Assembly: GCA_012033495.1 (NCBI GenBank)
Contig: JAAUQT010000001.1
Span: 9,204-73,203 of the forward strand
DNA length: 64,000 nt
Source: Cyanobacteria bacterium RM1_2_2
GTDB lineage: Bacteria; Cyanobacteriota; Cyanobacteriia; Elainellales; Elainellaceae
Direction: 5' to 3'
Below, piece after piece: positions 10,036 through 18,251 of this stretch. Both the position numbers and the translations under genes were made by a program. Under the pieces are notes generated by a model. It ran no database searches. It worked only from the letters and a program-made list of their open reading frames with translations, and had not been told where the DNA came from. Each line of letters starts with the position of its first letter. Within the stretch, counting starts at the first letter, position 1.

Positions 10036-10389
10036 CGCCGATCAAGGGGCTGTGATTCATTACCAGCTAAAACCCTGATCATGGCAAGGCAAAGAGCTTA
10101 TTTGTAAACAAAGATTGAGATCCCCCCTTCCGAAATGGGGATTTCAGAGATTTGGTATGTGCTACGCGCAGGCTTCGCCTACGGTTCCCTCCTTTTTATA
10201 GGCTTTGCCTTCCCGTTAGGGTAGGAGGGTTAGGGAGTGATCAAGGGAGTGATCAGATGTGAAGTCGATTCTAGCCTCTTAAAATTCATTTATAAACAGT
10301 CTCTAAAGCCCCTCTAGCCTATTTTTGGGAACGGGCGCGATCCATCTGATGCGGCAAGCGTTTGACTATGAATGGATGACGTGCCCTAG
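10036..10389. repeat. Family C dispersed repeat, interrupted copy
   Basis: 10036-10090 plus 10307-10389 align by eye with the reverse complement of 63257-63400, for example GGAACGGGCGCGATCC...GATGCGGCA.GCGTTTGAC...GAATGGATGACG. Confidence 0.5.
10093..10304. mobile_element. MITE-like insertion (family B core) nested inside the family C repeat
   Basis: This 212-bp block is absent from the uninterrupted family C copy at 63257-63400. It has imperfect terminal inverted repeats (AGAGCTTATTTGTAAAC and the reverse complement AGAGACTGTTTATAAAT) and is flanked by AA on both sides. Its core matches the family B repeats at 12672 and 13995. Confidence 0.45.
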
Positions 10390-10687
10390 AAACCAAACCA
10401 AAAATTTGCGGCTTCGATGGTGAAGATCCAGAAGATGAACTCAAAGATACAAAAAACTTATGGTTTTTATTCTGTAATGCTGGCAGACGTAACGCTGTCT
10501 CTTCTTGAAAGAACCGTTACAGGCTGGAATCCCAAAATATGATCAGGCTCTCCAATTTTGAATTGCGAATTCCATTACACCTGTTTGGGCGAAGTAGAAC
10601 AGCGATGGAAACTGATTTGATGGAAGTAAATGATTTATAAAGTCACAATCGATAGACCTAGGAATGGGAATTCAATCCGTTCGATCG

Positions 10688-10765
10688 TGGGTAGGGGCGG
10701 GTTTTACGGTCAAATCGATTGCCGGATGCCCATTGATCTGCTCAACTCGCCCGTACAGGTTACGG
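10688..10765. repeat. Hairpin element related to family A
   Basis: GTAGGGGCGGGTTTTAC ... AACTCGCCCGTAC has the same architecture as family A but is diverged. Confidence 0.35.
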
Positions 10766-10934
10766 ATTGATTAAATCCACGATCCCTAGGGGGTAGAGCA
10801 GCAAAAACATCTGGCTAGAAATCAGGGTCGTCTAGGCAACGGGTCGCCTTTCGGAAGACAGAGCAAGGATGATAGAGCGCTTTATAGATTAAACCCAAGT
10901 CAACAACTCAATACATGACAGATGAGGTAACGAT

Positions 10935-12023
10935 ATGGAGATTGGTGTTCCTAAAGAAACCAAGGATCAAGAATTTCGAGTGGGGCTGAGTCCGAGCAGC
11001 GTTCGCAGCCTGTGTGATAGTCGCCACACTGTTTCTGTACAAACAGGGGCAGGGTTGGGCGCAGGCTTCACCGATGCAGACTACATCCAAGCTGGAGCCA
11101 AAATCGTTGAGACGGCAGAAGCAGCCTGGAATCGGGAATTGGTGGTGAAAGTCAAAGAGCCGCTCCCGTCAGAATATTCTTTGATCCAAAAAGGACAAAT
11201 TCTATTCACTTACCTGCACTTAGCCGCAGACCGCACCTTAACCGAGCATTTGATTGACTCTGGCGTCACTGCCATTGCCTATGAGACAGTCGAGCTGCCG
11301 AACCGCAGTTTGCCGCTGTTGACTCCCATGAGCATCATCGCTGGACGGCTTTCGGTGCAGTTTGGCGCTCGCTACTTAGAACGGCAGCAGGGCGGGCGAG
11401 GGGTGTTGTTGGGCGGCGTTCCGGGCGTCAAACCAGGCATAGTTGTGATTTTGGGCGGCGGTGTGGTGGGAACTGAAGCGGCAAAGATGGCGGTTGGCTT
11501 GGGGGCGCAGGTGAAAATTCTAGATGTCAACCTTGAGCGGCTTGCCTATTTAGAAACCTTGTTTGGTTCGCGGGTTGAACTGCTCTACAGCAACACCTCT
11601 CAGATTGAAGCGGCTGTGCCGGAGGCAGATTTGCTGATTGGTGCGGTGCTGGTTCCTGGACGCAGAGCGCCGATTCTGGTGTCTCGTCAGTTGGTCGAAC
11701 AACTGCGCCCCGGCTCGGTGATTGTGGATGTCGCGGTAGATCAGGGAGGCTGCATTGAAACGCTGCGCCCAACTTCTCACACCCATCCGACTTATATCGA
11801 AGCAGGCGTCGTGCATTATGGCGTGCCCAACATGCCAGGTTCTGTTCCCTGGACGGCAACCCAGGCCCTGAACAACAGCACGTTTCCCTATGTTTTGAAG
11901 CTTGCTAATGCAGGACTACAAGCGTTAGCGACCGATCCCGCTTTGGAGAAAGGGCTGAATGTGAAAAACCACCAGCTTGTGCACCCAGCCGTGAGGGAAG
12001 TATTCGCAGATCTGGCAGTCTAG
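10935..12023 (+). CDS. ald: Alanine dehydrogenase
   Basis: 362 aa starting MEIGVPKETKDQEFRVGLSP, with the NAD-binding motif VILGGGVVG. Full-length match to the Ald family pattern. Confidence 0.9.
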   Translation: MEIGVPKETKDQEFRVGLSPSSVRSLCDSRHTVSVQTGAGLGAGFTDADYIQAGAKIVETAEAAWNRELVVKVKEPLPSEYSLIQKGQILFTYLHLAADRTLTEHLIDSGVTAIAYETVELPNRSLPLLTPMSIIAGRLSVQFGARYLERQQGGRGVLLGGVPGVKPGIVVILGGGVVGTEAAKMAVGLGAQVKILDVNLERLAYLETLFGSRVELLYSNTSQIEAAVPEADLLIGAVLVPGRRAPILVSRQLVEQLRPGSVIVDVAVDQGGCIETLRPTSHTHPTYIEAGVVHYGVPNMPGSVPWTATQALNNSTFPYVLKLANAGLQALATDPALEKGLNVKNHQLVHPAVREVFADLAV

Positions 12024-12220
12024 CCTTTATGCAGACTTAAAGATTAAAAACCGTATCTTCAAATACATTTCCTGTTGATTGCGGGGAAAATAAGAGAAGA
12101 GGTGTGAAGTTGGAGAAGAGTACCGAGTTTTTGCTGAACTTTTCTGAACTTTTCAGTTTTCGCACCGGCTCACCTCCATATCACCGCGATCAACCCCTCA
12201 GTCAACAGAGGTATATATCT

Positions 12221-12412
12221 ATGAAAAACATTGATACGGTTTCTGTTCCCAAAACGCCTCAAGAATTGGAGCGGGCGATCCAGCGCTACCGCACGAGCAA
12301 CTTGCGGGGCAGAGAGCTTTTCTGCCATTGGCAGGCAATTCGCTTAGCTGCACTCGCGCAAGCTGGAACCGATGGGGTTGGTGATCAAATTCCGGGTGAT
12401 GATAGCTACTAA
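12221..12412 (+). CDS. Small hypothetical protein (63 aa)
   Basis: ATG with AGAGG about 9 nt upstream. The sequence upstream of it in the track ORF (from 12104) looks non-coding. No recognisable family. Confidence 0.3.
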   Translation: MKNIDTVSVPKTPQELERAIQRYRTSNLRGRELFCHWQAIRLAALAQAGTDGVGDQIPGDDSY

Positions 12413-12440
12413 GGCGATTTCCAGAAAAAAGTTGTCGCTA

Positions 12441-12535
12441 TGTTGGGGCAGTTTGGGCCAAACCTGACGTTTCCCAGAAGTTTCATCTGCAAAACCTGCC
12501 TGTACCGGGGGAGAGGGTTTCCCAGAAATCTCCTG
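12441..12535. repeat. Hairpin element, family A copy
   Basis: GGGGCAGTTTGGGCCAAACCTGAC...CATCTGCAAAACCTGCCTGTAC. It is close to the reverse complement of 49780-49885. Confidence 0.6.
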
Positions 12536-12671
12536 AAATCCCTGCGATCAACAACAGACCTAATTAAACCAAAGGATTGAGAAAGGTGCTTGGTTGCTAA
12601 GTTCTCAATCCTTTGTATGTTTGTATGGTTTGCATGTTTTGTGTTGGGACTCACGCCCTTGAAGCTGGAAA

Positions 12672-12780
12672 TCTCAATCTCCCCTACCCCCCCTGTTCAA
12701 GGAGTGAACTTCTAAAGCCCCCTTTTTATAGACGCGAAGCGGCTTCCCGCAGGGTTGGGGGTTGGGGGATCTCTTCTGCG
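12672..12780. repeat. Hairpin element, family B copy
   Basis: The inverted arms AATCTCCCCTACCCCCCCTG and CAGGGTTGGGGGTTGGGGGATC flank GCGAAGCGGCTTCCCGCAGGG. The core recurs at 14008 and, diverged, at 10170-10245. Confidence 0.5.
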
Positions 12781-12867
12781 TAAGTCCCCTGTGTGCTTTA
12801 TGTATGTTTCGATGGCGGTTACTGAGGAACATTCTGAGGAGCATTCTGAGGAAAAGTGATGGCTATC

Positions 12868-12960
12868 GTCGGGGCAGGTTTAGCCAGAATTTATATGGTT
12901 TCGAGAATGAGTTATCTACAAAATCTGCCCGTACAGGGGTTTTGTATTTTAGAAATCACC
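12868..12960. repeat. Hairpin element, family A copy
   Basis: GGGGCAGGTTTAGCCA is identical to the start of the copy at 424, and it continues ...ACAAAATCTGCCCGTAC. Confidence 0.55.
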
Positions 12961-13078
12961 TTCAAACTGAACAACTTCTTGCCTAAACTCTACCTTGGAG
13001 AGAGAGAAGGTACGATACCATAATCGGTAAGATGCTGATGGATATACGCTTCTGATGTCACGCTGAACGGAGTCCAAT

Positions 13079-13825
13079 ATGGGGTTGTTTGATCGACTTG
13101 GACGAGTCATTCGCGCTAATCTCAATAGTCTGATTAATCAAGCTGAAGATCCAGAAAAAATTCTGGAGCAAACGGTCATAGAGATGCAAGATGACCTGAT
13201 TAAGCTACGCCAAGCGGTTGCACAGGCCATTGCGACTCAAAAAAGAACAGAGCGCCAGTGTTCGCAAGCCCAAATCAACGCAGATGAATGGTATCGTCGG
13301 GCTGAGCTAGCTTTACAGAAAGGAGACGAAGCACTAGCACGAGAAGCGTTGAGTCGGCGGCAGGCATTTCAAGAGACAGCCCAAGCGTTGCAGGGTCAGC
13401 TTGACCAGCAGGGTGATATCGTTGGCAAGCTGAAGCAAAACATGCGGACGCTCGAAAGCAAGCTTGCTGAAGCAAAAACCAAAAAGGATATGTATATTGC
13501 TCGCGCTCGCTCGGCTCAGGCTTCTCAGCGACTGAACGAAATGTTGGGCAATACAGGCATCCGCGATTCGCGAGCAGCGTTTGAACGCATGGAAGAAAAA
13601 GTGCTGCAAATGGAAGCCCAAGCCGATGCAGTCGCTGAACTCAATACGGGCAACAACCTCGAAAAGCGGTTTGAGGCAATCGAAAAAGGAACCAGCGTCG
13701 ATGCAGAGTTGGATGCGCTGAAGGTACACCTCGCCCTCACCTCATCGCCTGATGCTGCCCAAGCTGCTGCCGAGCCATACGATCCGGAATTGGAAAAACT
13801 GCGCTCTCAGTTGGAAGAAGCCTAG
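13079..13825 (+). CDS. vipp1: Vipp1/IM30 (PspA family) membrane-remodelling protein
   Basis: The N-terminus MGLFDRLGRVIRANLNSLINQAEDPEKILEQ is near-identical to the Vipp1/PspA consensus. The extra C-terminal helix DPELEKLRSQLEEA resembles the Vipp1-specific extension. Confidence 0.85.
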   Translation: MGLFDRLGRVIRANLNSLINQAEDPEKILEQTVIEMQDDLIKLRQAVAQAIATQKRTERQCSQAQINADEWYRRAELALQKGDEALAREALSRRQAFQETAQALQGQLDQQGDIVGKLKQNMRTLESKLAEAKTKKDMYIARARSAQASQRLNEMLGNTGIRDSRAAFERMEEKVLQMEAQADAVAELNTGNNLEKRFEAIEKGTSVDAELDALKVHLALTSSPDAAQAAAEPYDPELEKLRSQLEEA

Positions 13826-13994
13826 CGTAAACGCACTGTCTGAGAACCTGTTTGATTTGAAAAAGGAATGCTCTCGGTTTAGCATCTCGTCGATCCTTCC
13901 CTACTCCCGTGCAAAAGGCGACCGTGTACAGACCTGTGGGAGAGCCGCCTTACATACCTTACATAATGGGGGAACTAACCCAAACTGGCTGGAA

Positions 13995-14060
13995 GGCCCC
14001 CTTCTTCTAGGTGCGAAGTGGCTTCCCGCAGGGTAGGGGAATTCAGGGAGATCTGATTGA
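13995..14060. repeat. Family B repeat, partial copy
   Basis: GGTGCGAAGTGGCTTCCCGCAGGGTAGGGGAATTCAGGGAGATC matches the right arm of 12672-12780. Confidence 0.45.
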
Positions 14061-14094
14061 TACTATTAGTAGGTTAGTAGGACTGTCCAGATAT

Positions 14095-14496
14095 CTACGG
14101 GCGCTGCGTGGCAATGGCGAGCCGCACGCCTTCAATCGAGCGGAGCCTATCCATAACGGCAATCACCTGACCGTGAGACACCGCTTTGTCTGCATTGATG
14201 ACGACAACGGGCTGCTGATTGGTTAAAGCACGCGACTGCACCTCACTGATCAACGCCTCAAGCTGAATGGGCTGACGATTCAGGGCAAGCGTCCCCGCCT
14301 GATCGATCGTGACAACCAACTGTTCTGGAGCCTGCGCTTCTGAGGTGCTGGCTTCTGGCAGGTTGACGGGCAGCCCCTCTGAGCGGGTAAGAAACAGCGT
14401 AGACATAATGAAAAACGTCAGGATGGCGAAGATCACATCGATCATTGGCACAATGTTGATCTGAAACGGCGGTTCCGGCTCATTGGGGAGACGCAT
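14095..14496 (-). CDS. exbD: ExbD/TolR-family biopolymer transport protein
   Basis: 133 aa. INIVPMIDVIFAILTFFI is the typical N-terminal transmembrane segment and signature. The gene overlaps exbB by 17 nt. Confidence 0.8.
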   Translation of the reverse strand: MRLPNEPEPPFQINIVPMIDVIFAILTFFIMSTLFLTRSEGLPVNLPEASTSEAQAPEQLVVTIDQAGTLALNRQPIQLEALISEVQSRALTNQQPVVVINADKAVSHGQVIAVMDRLRSIEGVRLAIATQRP

Positions 14497-15127
14497 AAAC
14501 CCCTCCCCGCTCGTGATGCCGACGATAGATTAGCTCTAGCTGCCCACCATATTCTTGAATGAGCGCCATTTGCCGCAGATATAGCCCCCGAAACAGATTG
14601 GCAAACAGCAGCGTAAAAATTGCCACCACTAACCCGGTTGCCGTTGAAACGAGGGCTTCGCTGATGCCCGCCGTAACGTTCGTAGTCGCAGTGCCACCGA
14701 GGTCGCCAATTCGCAGCGAGGCAAAAGAATTGATTAGCCCCAAAATGGTTCCCAACAAACCCAGTAACGGCGCCGTGCTAATGACCGTTTCAAACACGGT
14801 ATTAAACCGCTTCAGTAAAGGCAACTCCGCCTGAGCCGCACTTTCCAGCGCCAGCCGAAACTCTTCGGGTGTGGCTTGCTCCAGTTCCAGAGCCGCCAGA
14901 AAAATGCGAGCCATGGGCAACTGAATGTTTTTCTCTAACTTGTGTAGGGCTGCATTCGCATTACGGCGATAGAGCAGCAAAATCTCCCGCACAAGTCTTT
15001 CCTGGCGGCGCAAAATCTGAGACCAAAAAACAATTCGCTCTAGAATCAGCGCCATCGCCAGAATGGACAGCCCTAGCAGTGGCCACATCACCACTCCACC
15101 TAGAGCAAACAGGTTTCCAATGGGCAT
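14480..15127 (-). CDS. exbB: MotA/TolQ/ExbB-family proton channel
   Basis: 215 aa with three transmembrane segments and the conserved TAPLLGLLGTILGLI motif. Confidence 0.8.
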   Translation of the reverse strand: MPIGNLFALGGVVMWPLLGLSILAMALILERIVFWSQILRRQERLVREILLLYRRNANAALHKLEKNIQLPMARIFLAALELEQATPEEFRLALESAAQAELPLLKRFNTVFETVISTAPLLGLLGTILGLINSFASLRIGDLGGTATTNVTAGISEALVSTATGLVVAIFTLLFANLFRGLYLRQMALIQEYGGQLELIYRRHHERGGVYASPQ

Positions 15128-15136
15128 GGATTCGCT

Positions 15137-15289
15137 TCACGCTCCCTTGTGCAATTGGGTCTGTAAATCAGCATACCGCGATGAGTAACGTAGACACTTG
15201 TTCTGGACGAACTTTGCAGTCCGGATCGCCTCGTCGATCGCGCTGCACTGAGCGGGTTTTGCTTTAATTTTGAACTCTAGAATGAGCAT
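15137..15289 (-). pseudogene. N-terminal relic of an IS605/IS1341-family tnpB (orfB)
   Basis: A 50-codon ORF below the track cutoff encodes MLILEFKIKAKPAQCSAIDEAIRTAKFVQNKCLRY. This matches the conserved N-terminus of cyanobacterial TnpB proteins as I remember it (ML.LE.K.K....Q...IDEAIRT..FVRNK.LRYWMD). Similarity ends after LRY and a stop follows 10 nt before the exbB ATG. Confidence 0.55.
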
Positions 15290-15374
15290 GTCTGCATTGT
15301 AGTTTGTGCTCAGTGTGTCGGCATAATTTCTGGTAAAGCTGCAAGTTCAGTGACTCGCCCTCGGCTTGTGTCGC

Positions 15375-16547
15375 TTATATCCCAGGGCTAAAGCACTTGG
15401 GTTTTACGCTCGCTTCTACAATTTGCTTTAACACCATTGCGACCCAGTCGATATCAGCCTCAGTGGTGTAGCGTCCCAGCGTCAGACGAACGCCTGATTT
15501 AGCAGCCCGCTCGCAGTACCCCATTGCTAACAGCACTGGACTGGCTACTAACTTGCCACTATTGCAGGCAGAACCAGAGCTAATGGCAATTCCGGCTAAG
15601 TTCAACTGGCGCACGATCGTTTTGCCGCTGACCTGCTCTCCGTCGGCACAGCGCAGATAAAAACTGACGTGATGGGGCAACCGCTGCCATCGATCGCCCG
15701 TTGGCACAAGTGCATCCACGTCGGCAAGCTGGTCAAATAGCCGCTCTCGCAGGTTAATCAATCGAGTTGTTTCCAGCGGCATTTCTGCTGCTGCCAGTTC
15801 AGCCGCCAGTCCAAATCCGGCAATGCAATGAACTGCCTGCGTCCCAGACCGCAAGCGAAATTCCTGTCCGCCTCCTGCTAAAAGTGGCACCAGATCAGTT
15901 CCCGGACGCACATACAGCGCCCCTGCTCCTTGGGGGCCGTATAGCTTGTGACTGGAAACAGAAAGCAAATCGACCGGGAGTTGCTGAAGGTCAATTGGCA
16001 ATCGTCCTGCCACCTGTACGGCATCTGTGTGAAAGATCGCCGTACTATGGGCCCGCACAATCTGCCCCAAGGCTTCGATCGGTTGCAGCGTACCCACTTC
16101 ACTTTGCCCGTAGATAATCGAAACCAACACCGTATTTGCTTGGAGAGCCGCTTTGAGATCGAGCGGATCAACCAGTCCTTGCGGAGTGACTGACAGACGA
16201 GTCACTTTCCATCCTTGCTGCTCTAGTAGCCGCACAGGTTCAGCAACAGCAGAATGCTCTACGCTAGAAATAATGATGTGTTGGGGAGTTCGGTATTGAC
16301 GAGCAACTCCCAAAATTGCCAAATTGTCTGCTTCTGTGCCGCCGGAGGTAAAAACAATAGATTCTGGTGGAGTATTCAGTAGATCTGCCACCTGCATTCT
16401 TGATTGTTCTAATAGGGTGGCGGCGCGTTCGCCCCAGCTATGCAAACTAGAAGGATTACCCCACTGCTCAGACAAAGCAGTTTGCATTAAGGCAATGACT
16501 TCTGGGCGGGTAGGGGTAGTCGCGCTGTAGTCTAAATAAATTTGCAT
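15375..16547 (-). CDS. Cysteine desulfurase (NifS/IscS-like class V PLP enzyme)
   Basis: The sequence shows MQIYLDYSATTP, a PLP-lysine region SVSSHKLYGPQG and an active-site Cys in SSGSACNSG. Confidence 0.85.
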   Translation of the reverse strand: MQIYLDYSATTPTRPEVIALMQTALSEQWGNPSSLHSWGERAATLLEQSRMQVADLLNTPPESIVFTSGGTEADNLAILGVARQYRTPQHIIISSVEHSAVAEPVRLLEQQGWKVTRLSVTPQGLVDPLDLKAALQANTVLVSIIYGQSEVGTLQPIEALGQIVRAHSTAIFHTDAVQVAGRLPIDLQQLPVDLLSVSSHKLYGPQGAGALYVRPGTDLVPLLAGGGQEFRLRSGTQAVHCIAGFGLAAELAAAEMPLETTRLINLRERLFDQLADVDALVPTGDRWQRLPHHVSFYLRCADGEQVSGKTIVRQLNLAGIAISSGSACNSGKLVASPVLLAMGYCERAAKSGVRLTLGRYTTEADIDWVAMVLKQIVEASVKPKCFSPGI

Positions 16548-16631
16548 ACGAATGAAAGCACATATAAGTTCACAAAAATAGTTTCAGGCTGAGTGTTCAG
16601 AGATGAGGCTGAAGGTTGAGGAAAGTGAGTC

Positions 16632-17093
16632 TCAAAAATTGAAGCGAGTTTCTGAATCAGCGTCTCGATCAACCGTTTCTTCATGCAATTGGGGCGGACG
16701 ACCTGTAATCTCAGTGGGTACCATTGGCGTATCGGAGCGCTGGTGCGCAATTCGAGAAGCAGGCAAGCTCTCAGATAATTCCTGAAAGGCGGCTTCTCCC
16801 ATCCGTACCTGGATATTTGGGCCAGAGCGAGCTAAACGAATAATTGCACCATCGGTAATGTTGGTTTGGGTAATGCGTTTGCCGTTGAGGTAAGTGCCAT
16901 TCGTACCCAAACTAACCACTTCCCATTCCAAACCCACACGTCGCAGTTCAACATGCCGCCGTGAAACCACCGCGCTGTAGAGAATAACCTGATTGTCTGT
17001 CGATCGCCCAATCCGAATGACAGACTCAGTGGGAAACGTCCACACCTGAACTGGAATTTGCTTAACTGGGTGCAAAAGAGAGAGAATAATCAC
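16632..17093 (-). CDS. FHA-domain protein
   Basis: RIGRS.DN.VIL....VSRRHVEL ... SLGTNGTYLNGKRI is the FHA signature. Confidence 0.75.
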   Translation of the reverse strand: MIILSLLHPVKQIPVQVWTFPTESVIRIGRSTDNQVILYSAVVSRRHVELRRVGLEWEVVSLGTNGTYLNGKRITQTNITDGAIIRLARSGPNIQVRMGEAAFQELSESLPASRIAHQRSDTPMVPTEITGRPPQLHEETVDRDADSETRFNF

Positions 17094-17200
17094 ACGGGCA
17101 ACGTAGAGTGAAAGACAGGAAAAGAGCAGCTCATCGCCAAATTTAAGCTGTAAACTCCTTTATATCCTATGTTGTCTCGCAGCTAACCAATCATTCACCA

Positions 17201-18082
17201 TCAGGAAATTTGAAATAAAAAGGTAACTTTGTCTCCTTTCCCTAGCGCAATGCGATCGCCCGGTCGCAGCCGATGTCGATTGCCGCTGGGCAGAGGGGCA
17301 TTGTTGATGTAAGTACCGTTAGAGCTTCCCACATCTTCAATGTAATAAATATCGCCTTCAACGCGAATGTCAGCATGAATGCGGGAAACAATTTCAGAAT
17401 GAGGGAAACCAGAAACATCGACATCCGGTGGAATTCGATCATTCGGCTTGCCGATGTGAATCACGGCTAAGTTAGCAGGTAGTTCAACTGGAGTATTCGT
17501 CTGTACATGCAGCAAACGAACCACCTGGGTTTGAAGCTGAGTTTTAGAGCTGGTTGGACTCATGGCAGGTTGAGCCGCCGATCCAGCCGGTACCAGTGCC
17601 TCATCTGACCCTTCGTTTGGGAGCGAAACGCCTCCTCCCATGCCCTCTCCTCCCATGCCTTCACCTCCGACTTGAACAGGCTGAGCTGCCACCTCTCCAG
17701 TCAGCAGAGGCTCAGAACCATTTGCTGAACTCGCCACAAGAGGTTCAGGAGTCATGAGGGGGGCAGATTCAGGCGAAGAGAAACTGGGCATCTCGAAATC
17801 GGGTGAGAGTGTTCCTGCTAGAAGGTTTTCAAATTGAGGCTCAGCGCTTTGCAGTTTAGCGCTTTGCAGTTCAGCACTTTGCGCTTGAGGATTTTGCATT
17901 CCAGTACTTTGCTCCTCAGCACTCTGCAAGTTGAAACCACACTGACCACAAAAACTGGCATCAGCTTGAACAGACGCACCGCAATGAGGACAATCCATCA
18001 TGGCAGGCAAAGGAGTATAGCAAGCCTCACACTGAACGGCTGCATCTGGGTTCTGGTGATTGCAATTGGGACAAACGATCAT
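17201..18082 (-). CDS. Double zinc-ribbon / FHA-domain protein
   Basis: The N-terminus CPNCNHQNPDAAVQCEACY...CPHCGASVQADASFCGQCG has two Cys4 ribbons. A low-complexity linker carries repeats (QSAELQSAKLQSAE and GGEGMGGEGMGG). The C-terminus has the FHA signature (HIGK..D....VSRIHADI...GSSNGTYINN). Confidence 0.75.
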   Translation of the reverse strand: MIVCPNCNHQNPDAAVQCEACYTPLPAMMDCPHCGASVQADASFCGQCGFNLQSAEEQSTGMQNPQAQSAELQSAKLQSAEPQFENLLAGTLSPDFEMPSFSSPESAPLMTPEPLVASSANGSEPLLTGEVAAQPVQVGGEGMGGEGMGGGVSLPNEGSDEALVPAGSAAQPAMSPTSSKTQLQTQVVRLLHVQTNTPVELPANLAVIHIGKPNDRIPPDVDVSGFPHSEIVSRIHADIRVEGDIYYIEDVGSSNGTYINNAPLPSGNRHRLRPGDRIALGKGDKVTFLFQIS

Positions 18083-18251
18083 GCAACTTTCCCCCGAAGC
18101 TCCATCATGGCAAAAAAAGCACTGCGAGATACCGAATCGCTTCCATCATACACCGTTGAAAAAAGGGGAAATACTTTAGTAAGCTTCTCGGTCATGCCTG
18201 CCGCCAAATTTTTGCCCATCATAGCGGCTAAACAACCCACCCTAAGCCAAC

